The position numbers were made by a program, and so were the translations under genes. The notes under the pieces are model-generated. The model searched no databases and had not been told where the DNA came from. It worked only from the letters and a program-made list of their open reading frames with translations. Of a stretch of 64,000 nucleotides of DNA, positions 11,816 to 22,552 are shown in pieces. Where the stretch lies: the NCBI GenBank assembly GCA_965240325.2, contig OZ251241.1, positions 1,116,001 to 1,180,000 of the forward strand, in the 5' to 3' direction. The stretch's first letter is position 1. Each line of letters starts with the position of its first letter. This stretch comes from Rebecca billardiae RCC1528. Taxonomy: Eukaryota > Protista > Haptophyta.

Positions 11816-13348
11816 TCAATTATAACTGACACCCCCACGCCCGCGGCCCGCAGTCGCCCGCCCCGCGTGACGCCGCATTGTCGTAACAAGTAGCTTGCGG
11901 CGGCGGCCCCGCCACCCACGCGGTTCCTTATCGGGCACATCATGTGATGCCGCCGTCGTCGCTGCCTTCGGCCCGTTCTGGCGGCCACTGCCAGCCTGCG
12001 GGCTGCTGCGATGTGCCATACGCTCGATACGGATCGCCTCAATGCGCTGCTCCTCGGCCCTGAGCTGCGTCGCGAGTGGGACGTATGCCCGCATGCGCGC
12101 CCGCACGGCCGCGGGCAGCGCGCGCACGTGCGCATCCCAGCGCGCGCTCACATTTCGGTACAGCTGCACGTCCACGCGGAGCTTGGCGCGAACGCGAGCG
12201 ATGAGATCCGGCGAGAGCGACTCCATCGTGACGGCCGAGCCGTTCGGCATCGTGCCCGGCGGCTTCTTCCGACCGAGCGCCCGGAGCGCCGCCGCCGTCC
12301 CCTGCGTCCTCGACAGCCTGTCGTACAGCTCGTGCCTGCGCTTACGGATGGCCATCACCTTCTCGTGCTCGTTCACCTGCTTCGGCCGGATCGACGTGAG
12401 GCCCATGCGCTCCGAGAGGGCGTAAAAGAACTCGTCGAAGCGCTCGAGCGGCGCGACGAGGTCGAAGCGAGCGAGCAGGCTCACCAGCCTTGGCGCACGC
12501 CGCTCGAGCTGCGCCTCAGTCGTGCCGTACACACCCATGCCCGGGCCCGGGTGGGGTGCGCGCGCGGGCCGCACGCGCATGGGCATGATCTTGAGCACGC
12601 TCTGCGAGAAGAGCAGGCGCGTCTGGAAGTTGTGCACCGCGTCTGAGCTGAGGTAGTCCTGGAACGTGCGCCCGTACGACTCAGGCTCCCTCGCCTGCTT
12701 CCACCGCACGAAGTAGTTGTAGAGCGAGAGGAAGTGAGAGAAGGGCTCGCGCACCAGCGTCGTCATGAGCACCGAGCAGCCGCGCGCCTCCCACGCCTTG
12801 CGCACGCGCGCGATGCCTTCCGCGATACGGAAGATGGAGTTCTCCTCGCCAGACGTCATCGCCCCGATCTCGACGAAGATGCGCCTGTGCACGGGAGGCG
12901 TCCTGAGCATATCGGCGATGAACTGCTCCCACGTGCACACGAGCTTCTCGTTGAACCAGCCCTTCGACGTGTGGCAGGCGTTGTGCGCCACAAGCGGGCG
13001 AGACGGATCGCGTCGACGGAAGATGATGGCGCCCTGCGGGAAGTACTCGAGACGCTCGCGTTCGTGTACCCTGATGAAGTGCCGGCGCAGCGTCACGCCC
13101 GCGCACTTCTCGACGTGCCAGTGGAAGACAGCAGTGCACTTGTCAGGCGACGCACTGGGCGGGACCAGATTGGCCATGGCTCTCTCGCCTTTCTCGATGG
13201 CTATCTCGGCTCGCTCGATGATGCTGTGCGCTTCGGGATCGCGTGCGCGTGCAGCGCGCGTGTGCTCGCCCACGCCAGCCGTTCCTGGGAGTGCCAGCAG
13301 CGCCAGCAGTGCCAGCAGCAACGTGGTGGTGGCGCGCGCCGCCGCCAT
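11816..13348 (-). CDS. Golgi-type sulfotransferase family protein
   Basis: N-terminal hydrophobic anchor; HWHVEKCAGVT (5'-PSB-like), TLVREPFSHFLSLYNY (3'-PB-like), FDLV..LERFDE, D..LY. Confidence 0.8.
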   Translation of the reverse strand: MAAARATTTLLLALLALLALPGTAGVGEHTRAARARDPEAHSIIERAEIAIEKGERAMANLVPPSASPDKCTAVFHWHVEKCAGVTLRRHFIRVHERERLEYFPQGAIIFRRRDPSRPLVAHNACHTSKGWFNEKLVCTWEQFIADMLRTPPVHRRIFVEIGAMTSGEENSIFRIAEGIARVRKAWEARGCSVLMTTLVREPFSHFLSLYNYFVRWKQAREPESYGRTFQDYLSSDAVHNFQTRLLFSQSVLKIMPMRVRPARAPHPGPGMGVYGTTEAQLERRAPRLVSLLARFDLVAPLERFDEFFYALSERMGLTSIRPKQVNEHEKVMAIRKRRHELYDRLSRTQGTAAALRALGRKKPPGTMPNGSAVTMESLSPDLIARVRAKLRVDVQLYRNVSARWDAHVRALPAAVRARMRAYVPLATQLRAEEQRIEAIRIERMAHRSSPQAGSGRQNGPKAATTAASHDVPDKEPRGWRGRRRKLLVTTMRRHAGRATAGRGRGGVSYN

Positions 13349-13940
13349 CGTGATGTTGTAGCGGTAACACCGTACCCCCATAGGTAGCTTTTTTAATTCC
13401 TTTGGTGAAAGCTTGCAAGTGGGCCTGTGGCAGTTCTTCAGTTCATCTGTCTTCTGACTTCATCTGACTGCTGTCAATGCTGTCAATCACCAGTCAATCC
13501 ATGACGACGACTAAGTACTCGTCGTCAGAGTCAAATCATCAGCTTACTCGTCGTCAGCACCATCAATAGCGCTCGTAGCCGGATACTTATTAATCATGAT
13601 CTTCATCGACGTCATGTCGTGGCTTGTCGTCGGAATCATCATGCTACTGCCGCCGTGCCGTAACTTTGCTGCGCCCTGTGCGCGCCTGTCATCTCGATTC
13701 GGGCATCCAGACGCTAGCTGCGCGGCCGCAGCCCTCATCCAGGCCTCGCAGGCGGACGGCTGAACGAATTTTTCCGGCGGCGCTACCATCGGCGACGGCT
13801 TCATGGGCGGTGACAGTTGGCGGGCGTCAATCTCGCCTGCCTGAGCTGTGTGCGTCTCTTATTCTTAGTAAACTGTAGAGCCTGGAAACGCCGGACGCCA
13901 GAGGCGGCGCACCGAGTTCAAGAATCAAGTTGGACCCGTG

Positions 13941-15723
13941 TCACAACGGCCTCCGCTGGAAGGTGTTGACGAGGCCACTGAAGAAGCTCTGCGCCGGCAA
14001 GGGCGAGCCATGCTCTTCTCCATGGAGCCAGGGCAGCCGGTCCGAGGCGGCGGCGAGAGCGTCGGCGTGCTCGAAGACCGTCCACGCGTCCTCTGGCACC
14101 CCGCGGAAGTGCGGCGCGAGCCGCTCGCGCGTCTCGGCGACAGAGGTCTTCCCCACCTTCTTAGTAGCCACGTTGCGGATGTACACATGGCGGATCTGCG
14201 AGGTGTGCCGCCGCGCGATCTCGCCATAGATCTGCTCCGCGCGCGCCGTGGCGCGACACGCCGCGGGGAGCAGGGAGCACGTGCCGTGCGCGCGGGTCAG
14301 CCCGCGCGCGGGGCGCGAGCAAAGCGCGCGCTGCGGAGCGCGCGCATCGGACATCAGCACGGCCGCGCGCGCGCGCGGCGCACCTGAGCGTCCTTCTCGC
14401 CACTGTCGCCGACGAGCACAAAGGTCCGCTGAGGGAACGACTTGAGCAGCGTGCGGATCTGCTTGGGCTTGAGCGCCGTCGACGAGCGGAAGAGGTTGAG
14501 CAGCCGGCGGCCCTTGTAGTGAAGGTCCTTGAGGTGGAACGTGCCTGCGCGCGCGCGCGCCGGCGCAGCGTGCACGTTGGCGCCGCGAGCGTCGGGGCAC
14601 GCACGGCGGCGCGCGCGCGCGCGCGTGGCGACGGGGGAGGCGCGGTGGTCGCGCGGTCAGCCGGCGCGACGCGGGAACGCGGCGTGCGGCGCGGCTCCGC
14701 CGGCGCCGCGCGCGCACCCGGCGGGAAGCCCTCCTTGTCCAGCAGTGACTCGAGCTGGCCCTGCAGCTGCCACGGCGAGGAGGACACATAGTGAAAGGCG
14801 ACACCGCGCGCCGCCCACGAGCGGTAGAGCTCGGGCATGCCCTCGACCGCGTGCCACCGCTCGAGGAAGGTGGAGCGGAGCATGCGGCGCGTCGAGCACA
14901 CGAACGTCTCCTTGATCGTGTCGTCGATGTCCGAGATCACGCTCACGCCCGTCGGTGGGATCATCATGACGTGCGTCGAATAGACGCGGCCGTCCGCACA
15001 CGGTGTCGTCGAGACGGTCGCGAGCTTGATGCCGCCGGGCAGCCGGCGGATCGGCGGCATGTCGCGCCTGTTAAGGAGCTCGCGCGCGGGCACCACCGCG
15101 CGCACGGTGAAGTGCCCCGCCACGTTCGTCCGGCTCGACCAGAGCTGCTCGCCGTGTGCGGTCGCCAGCTGAAGCGCGAGCTTCACGTTGCGCCGGCAGC
15201 GCAGCAGGAAGATGCTCACGCGCTTGCGCAGGCGCACGCGGCGCTTCTCGTCGTCCTTCGTCATGGGCTCGATGCAGAGCTCTGCGTCCGCCTCGTCGCC
15301 CGCCCCGTGCACCGCCGACCAGACCGCGCGCTGCAGCGCCTGGCAGGTGAGCCGCCGGCGCGCCGTATTAATCCGCGCGTCGCTCACCCACCCGCGCATG
15401 CTCACGAGCCACTCGCCGTGGTCAAGCTGCTGCGCATAGCCTGGGAACAGGCGCACGTGCATGTCCGGCGTCACGTCGACGTTTTGCGGCCACGAGCCGT
15501 TGTACGGAGTGCGCATGGACACGCGTTGACGAGGGCTCGAGGGCATGGCCGTTCGTGTGTGCCGCGAGGAGGTGCGGCGCCAGCGCGCGTGCGGCGCGGT
15601 GGGGAGCGGACCAAGGACGAAGAATGCGACGAGAACGAGCACCAAAGGCCGCGACCATGCGCATAGAGCCCGTCCCGCGGGGCGGGCGAGGCCCCCCGCA
15701 GCAAGGCGCTGCCACGCGCGCAT
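13941..15723 (-). CDS. APP1: App1-family phosphatidate phosphatase, 3 exons
   Basis: ISDIDDTIK, FHYVSSSPWQL, FVLVGDSGEKD and YIRNV motifs; introns 14545-14717 and 14232-14383 restore the frame. Confidence 0.85.
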
Positions 15724-15836
15724 ACTGACTGCGGCGATGCACGGCGCCGCAACCCACCGAGCGGACGAAGGATCCGGAGACTTCGTTCCCGGAACGCCCT
15801 TCACTGTCAAGGGGCTTGCGCCGCCTGCCGTCAACA

Positions 15837-16607
15837 ATGCCCGTGCACTGCGAACACGACGGCTGCACCAAGCAGGCTTCGTACGGCATGCCGGGCGACA
15901 CGCGCGCCAGCCGATGCGCTGATCACAAGCTGGCCGGCATGGTCGATGTGAAGAATCGCAAGTGCGATCATAACGGCTGCGCGAAGGTGCCATCATGCGG
16001 CATGCCGGGCGACACACGCGCCAGCCGCTGCGCTGATCACAAGCTGGCCGGCATGGTCAATGTGAAGAATCGCAAGTGCGATCATGACGGCTGCGCAAAG
16101 TTGCCATCGTACGGCATGCCGGGCGACACGCGCGCCAGCCGGTGCGCTAAGCACAGGCTGGCCGGCATGCGCAATGCCAAGCGACAGCGAGAGCACACCG
16201 ACCTCAGAGCGGCTACTGCACACGGGCCACACGGTGACCCCGCTGCGCAGCGGCAGTCGCCGCCGCAGCCGCCAGTGCTCACAGCGCAAGCCGTGCTCTG
16301 GCGCTCACCTGACGGGGTCACTCACGGTAACGACGTTCACATTGGTGCCGAGCAGGACCTGCCACAACCGCAGTCGTGCTCGCGGAGCCAAGATGATCCT
16401 GCTCGTCAGCCTTGCGATGCCCATGGTGGCGTTGCTAGGCGAGCAGCTTCAACGTCTGTGCGTCAGTCTGTGGTCCCCGTTGCCGACGACGGTGTCGTCG
16501 TCACTGCGCGAAGGGTGGTTCTCCCGCTGGACGATCCTCGGCGGCATCTGCTTTGCACGGCGACCCTGGTCTCCGAAACTTGGCATCCAGCGGCGGAGCA
16601 AGTCTGA
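15837..16607 (+). CDS. EsV-1-7-type Cys-rich repeat protein (3 repeats)
   Basis: C-x4-C-x16-C-x2-H-K-x2-GMV units of 38 aa. Confidence 0.85.
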   Translation: MPVHCEHDGCTKQASYGMPGDTRASRCADHKLAGMVDVKNRKCDHNGCAKVPSCGMPGDTRASRCADHKLAGMVNVKNRKCDHDGCAKLPSYGMPGDTRASRCAKHRLAGMRNAKRQREHTDLRAATAHGPHGDPAAQRQSPPQPPVLTAQAVLWRSPDGVTHGNDVHIGAEQDLPQPQSCSRSQDDPARQPCDAHGGVARRAASTSVRQSVVPVADDGVVVTARRVVLPLDDPRRHLLCTATLVSETWHPAAEQV

Positions 16608-17932
16608 TTCATCATCTGTGATGATGAATGATAATAATATGAAACTTTGTCGCGGCTGTCGCCGCCCTGCGCGGCCCTGCTCACTGCTGCGCTGCTGGCC
16701 CTGCTACTGCGCTGGATGACGAGGACGCCAGTTGATATTCACTACGACTGCCCCGCGGGCGCGCGACCGCTACCTGCAATGAGTTCAATGACGCCGTGAG
16801 TTAATACTTAATGACGCCTGACGCGTCATGATGACACAATAATGTTCTTATTGATGATAATAATGGCGATATGATGATGATTAGATGACAACGGCGTCAA
16901 CTTAGCCTGGCGTGCGCGGGCCGGGATGTTGTCATATCAGTCATAGTCCGTCTGAGCATGCACTATATTTTTATATATATATAATAATAATAATAATCCG
17001 CGATATATTCGCGGCGGGCGGGCCGAGCGCGCGGGTCGCGCCAGCTGACCCCGCCGACGTTCGATTCGACTGCTCTGCGCTGGCACGTGCTGACGCGGAG
17101 ATCAACCACACGCAGCGGGTCCGGGATAGGCACTGGCACCCTCTTTCTCCAGCCGGCCGCCGGCTGCATCGCCTCGGGGGGCGATGCAGCAGGTGGACGC
17201 CGCTGCACCCATCTCAATCTGGCCCTTGGCGCTGGTCTCCACCGTGCCCCTCGCTCCACTCTAGGTGGGACAGAGGGTGCGGGGTGTGACGAGCCCAGGG
17301 GCCAGGTTCCCCAGCATCAAGCACTGCATCTGCAGCAGCCCGCCGGCGGGCCGGGCTGCGACATCGACTACCACCTCATCTGCTTCATCGCCCAGAGCGC
17401 GCTAGGCGGCGCGCTCACTCTCCAAGCCCCTCTTCTGCAGCTGCGCGCCGCTTGGCCGGCGCGCGGCGACGCGTACTACGACCTCATCCTCATCCAGGCG
17501 CCCACGGCGGGCGCACGGGGGCGACAGCCGCGGCTGCCGCTTGCCGGAGCTGCTCGCCGCTAGGTCGGCGGGCGGCGACATCGACTACGACCTCACCCTC
17601 ATCCAAGTGCTCCGGAAGGCGCTCGGCCGCGGCGGCATCTGCCGTCGCCGCCGCGTGCCCCAGGCCGAGGCGGTGCTCCATCCCGGCCCCGCTCCCGTAG
17701 GGGGGCAGGGCTGCGGGTGGCGCACTGTCTGACCTGGACGGAAGGCGCGGACGCATTCTATGTGTCTGTTGCACTCTGAGTCTGGTCAACGCTTGTCCGA
17801 TGCTGCCACGTCGTTATATATATATATATATTAATATATATATTATGACAACGTGAATTTTGTATCATATATTAATATATAGAGAGAGAGAGATATATAT
17901 AGCAGCAGTATTCTACTAAAATACTAACCTAT

Positions 17933-19407
17933 CTAGGCCAGGCTTGCGGGCGGCATGTCGACCACCGACGACGGCGACGCCGACGGTGTCCCAGACGCGG
18001 AGCTGCGCCGCTGCCAGAGCCGCGCCTGCCGGCCGGACATTGGCAGGCAGGGCGTGCGCCAGGCCACGCGCACGGCGTCGTGCGGGTGCTGCAGCCCGAC
18101 GGCGGTCGCGCGGCCGGCGCCCCAGACGCCGCCCTCGAGCAGCTCGGTCGTCTCGTCGTCCGCGCCCGAGATGGACACCTCGCGAACTCGCTGATCGGCC
18201 GCCCACGGCGCGCGCGCGCCGGTCGCGACGGGCGCGTGCACGTACGGCAGCGCGTCGGCGCCGCCCGAGGCTTCGTGGCCCAGGGTGAGCGGCGCGACGC
18301 CCTGGTTCAGCCCGGCCTCCTCCGCGTCCCACCACCCCTCCATGTCGTCCAGCTTGAGCTCGAGCACCAGCTCGGTGCCGAACGCGATGTCGACCGCATC
18401 CGAGCCGCGCACGCGGCGCGCGGGCAGCTGCAGCGTGACGCGGAGGTACTCGCCGCTCGCGCCGGTGTGCGGCGGCACCGTCGAGACCGGCAGGCGGTAC
18501 GCGGCGAGCCACTCGTTCTTGCCGAAGTTCGAGCGGTCCTTGATCGTCACCTCGAGCATGGCCTCCTTCGCGCCCGAGCGGGGCAGCTCGAAGCGGTAGC
18601 CCTCGGTGGGCGGCGGTGCGGTGCCGCCGGCGGAAGGGCGGCGCGTGCGCGTGGCCGAGGACCAGTCCGGACTAGTCGAGCCCCGGACCGTGGGCGTGCG
18701 GTGCTTCGTGTCGCCCACGCGCAGCGTGACGTACGGGTTGATCGACGCGCGCAGCGCGTTGATGTTGTTCAGCCGCCGCGCCGAGAGCACGCGCACGTGC
18801 AGCACGGGCGCGGGGAAGACTGCAGGCCGGCGCAGCCGCGGCGGCGACGGCGCGCGCCCGTGCGCTGAAGACTCCGCGGCGCTGCCCGCTGTGGAGTCCG
18901 CGGGCGCCACGGCGAAGCGCGTGGGCGAGGAGGGCGGCCGAGCACCGCCCGCGTGCGCGCCCGCCTGCTCGGACACCGTGCGCATCAGCTGCGAGAGCCC
19001 GTGCGAGAGAGAGGCGATCATGCGCACCGCGCGCGCACCGTTGCCGCCGTGTGCGGGTGCAATGCCGCCCGCGCCGCCGCCGCCGCCGCGCGCGGGCGAG
19101 CGCATCGCGCGCGCGCGCGCCGAGCGGTCGGGCGACTTGATCGGGCTGAGAGCGGGCGTGAGCGCCGCGCCGGCGTCGTGCAGAACCGCCGCGCCGCCGG
19201 TCACCTTGATCCGCGAGTCGTCGGACGCGAGCCGCATGCCCTCGCTGCGGCCAAGCACTAGCAGCACCCGCTGCACGCGCACGCCATCCCAACGCAGTTT
19301 GGTGCCGATGCGCAGGAGTTCGCCACCGCCGCCGTCCGAGTCCTCCGCCGCGTCCGCGTCGGCGGAGGACGCCGCGGCGTGCGAGCGCGCGCGGTGACCC
19401 ACGCCGC

Positions 19408-19442
<35 letters not shown>

Positions 19443-21604
19443 TCGTCGCCGCCGCTTCGGCCGCGCTTGGTTTGCAGCAGCTGTTCTCGAGCGCGCATCC
19501 GCGTCGGCGTGAGCGCGCGCGCGCTCTCGGGCGGAAGGCGCGCGGTGAGCAGCGCGACGGTCTCGCGCGCGTTGGACGCGAGCGTCGGCGCGTCGAAGCT
19601 CAGCTCGGCGCCGCTCAGCGCGCGCGCCAGCCAGTCGAGGGTTGCGATCGCGTGCGGCCGGCCAGTGAGGCCAACACCGGCGGCGTGCGCGCCGCCGCCC
19701 TCCAGGCGAACGTCCGCGCGCAGGTGCGGGCCGAGGACGTGCTCGAGGTCGGCGCGGCTGGCGCGCGCCGAGCGCGCGTGCTCCGCGAGCACCCGCAGCA
19801 GCCGCGTGTGCCGCCGGCACATCTCCGCCTCCCGCGCGCTCTCGTGCACGCCGGCGCGCACCGTCGAGCCCGAAGCACCCGTCGTCGGCGAGCCGTCCGA
19901 AGCACCGCTCAGCTCCGAGGCGGCGGGCGAGCCGGCGGGCTGCTCGACGCTGAGCAGCGACGAGCCCGCCGCCGCGAGCGCGAGCGCCGACGGCGGCGCC
20001 GGCGAGTCGGGCCAAGAGCTGAGCTCGAGCGGCGCCGGCGCGCCGCGGCCGCCCGCGCTGCCGCGCACGGCGACGAGCACAGGGTCTGCCAGTGCGCCGG
20101 AGTCGCGCGCGCGCGCGCCCGCGCCGCCGTCGCGCGCCGCGCTCGCGGCGGTGATGATCGAGTCCGCCAGCGCCGTCGACGAGCGCGCGACGGGCTGCAG
20201 CGCGCGGCGCGGCTGCGCGCGCGCGGGTGACACGCTCGGCGAGACCGCGCCGGGCAGCAGCGCGCCGTCGGCCGCGTCGGAAGTTTCGTCGAAACTTCCG
20301 CTCGGCTCGGCGCGGTACACGCGCACTCGCGCGGCGACGGAGCCGCGGGGCGAGGCGGTGGCGGTGGGCGCGGCGCTCGCGTCCTGCGACGCGACCAACG
20401 AGGCGTGGCTGCTGCGCACAGCCCAGCTGGCTGACTCCTCGTCCGTCGAGCCGCTGCTGAGGCCGCCGCCGCCGCCGCCGCCGCCGAGCACTGCGCGCGC
20501 GCTCAGCAGACGGCGCATGCGCCCTCGGATCGAGCCGGCGCGCGTGAGCGGGCTGCTCGTGCCGCTATTCGTGGAGGCGGCACTCGGCCAGTCGGAGGAC
20601 ACGCTCGAGACCCGCTTCCCCAGCGTCGGCGAGCCAGGCAGGGCGAGCACGCGGCTGCCGAACGCACCCGAGCCGAGCGCGGCAGCGGCCGCGGCAGCGG
20701 CGCGCGGCGCGGCGTACAGTTGGCCGTCGTCGATGCCGACCATGCGCGGGAGCTTGGACAGCACGAGCTCGGACGCGAGGAAGTCGGCGAGGTTGATGCG
20801 CGTGCTCGCCTCCTTGCGCAGCATGCCGCGCACCAGGTTGCACAGCTGCGGCGAGTAGTGCGCGCGCACGGGCGCGGGCAGCGGCGCGAACTGGTTCTCA
20901 CAGATTCGGTACGAGAGCTGCGCGAGGTTCTCGCCGGTGAAGGGGCGCTCGAGCGCGAGCATCTCGTACAGCACGACGCCGAGCGACCACACGTCCGAGC
21001 TCCGGCCGTACGGCTCGCCGCGCACCACCTCCGGCGAGAGGTAGAACGGTGTGCCGATGCACGTGTCTGCGAACGAATCGGTCGCGAGCAGCTTTGACAC
21101 GCCCAGGTCACCCAGCTTGACGAGGTGCGAGGGCGCGCGGGCCAGGAAGACGTTGGCTGTCTTGACGTCGCGGTGGATCACGCGCTTCGAGTGCATGTGC
21201 TCGAGCGCGTCCGCCAGCTGCGCGAGCCACGAGAAGACGAGGGGCTCCGGCAGCCGCTCGCCCGTGGCGCGGACCTGCGAGAGGCGAGCCTCGAGCGTGC
21301 CGCCCGCGCAGTACTCGGTGACGATGTTGAGCACGGGGCGCTCGCCGCCCGAGACGAAGCTATCTAGGCAGACGAGGATGTTCGGGTGGCACAGCAGCCG
21401 CAGGATCGACACCTCGTTCTCGCACGCGTCCCGCTGCTGCTCGCTCAGCCCCTCGAGGTTCACCTCCTTCACGACGACGCGGTGCCCATCGGTGGCGCGG
21501 TGGAGCAGCGCGGCGGAGCCGGAGCGGCCGCGGCCGATGTACTTCTCGCGCACGTAGCCCCTCCACACGTGCTCCCCGGCGGGAGAGCTCGCGCGTGTGG
21601 CCAT
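17933..21604 (-). CDS. NIMA-related (NEK) kinase with a C-terminal C2 domain
   Basis: IGRGRSG, VVKEV, HRDVKTANVF, KLGDLG, GTPFYLSPE; later LHVRVLSARRL..NPYVTLRVG..RT....SPDW. Confidence 0.88.
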
Positions 21605-22552
21605 CGGCGCTTAAACGCGCGCTCCGGCCGCCTCGCGTGACGGGTGCGGGGGTGGGCGCTCTTCAGGTCAAACACGCGGCCCCGATCCAGGTCAAGCCAA
21701 GAAGGAACTTTACATCCGTGCCCGTTGACGGCTGATTGGGACTTTCGCGAACTACTCGTGTCCAGAAATAGCTCGCTTTAGCAAGGGCGAATCTTCTAAG
21801 CTCTATTCGCACTTACTGGCGAGCGGCTTAACTTTGACCTTTACCCACAACCGTGATTCATCAACCAGGCCGAGACTCCGGGAGATCGGTCCGGAATCCG
21901 GACCCATTCTATGATTTAACGACACCAGGGGCGTTCCCCGCACTGGTCATACGCCAAATCGAACCGCGTTCCTATTGAAATTGGCTTCCTCTATTTCAAG
22001 CGGGTACATTTGATTACGGCCCGCGCCAGTCCGGTAGCAATGCCCCCCCCAGGGGGGGGCATTGCTTTCGAGAGCGTGTGGCAGGATCCCGGGAACGCCC
22101 TTGGGTAGGACGACGCGGGTCTCCTGATTAATTCTATGATTTAAAGACACAGGCACGAGGGCGCAGCTCTCCTGATTCGTCTGTCGAAGTACTGAATGGA
22201 GTTCAATGGAGGATGTCGGAGCGCGTTGGCCGCGGGTGAGGGAGTCGTCGTATCCGATGCTGAGTGACATGGTCACTGAGGTAGTAGGCGCCCGGGGATG
22301 CCGCTGATTCGTCGGCGGCAGTGCCCGGGAATTCGCATTTTTCGATTTTTGCAAGAATTACTCGAAAGCCGGACTGCTTCCGGACTGCCGGCGATCGATA
22401 TCGCCCGGACCGGAAGAGCCACGCCTTGCTCGAGCAGGGCCGCTGCTCGAGCGAGCTCGCGTGGCTTGTTCGGCCCTTGGCGAGAGAGCCTGTGGAGGCG
22501 GGGAGCGCCACCAGCGCCCGCGAGGCGGGTGGTGGGCGGCCACGCCGGCGCC

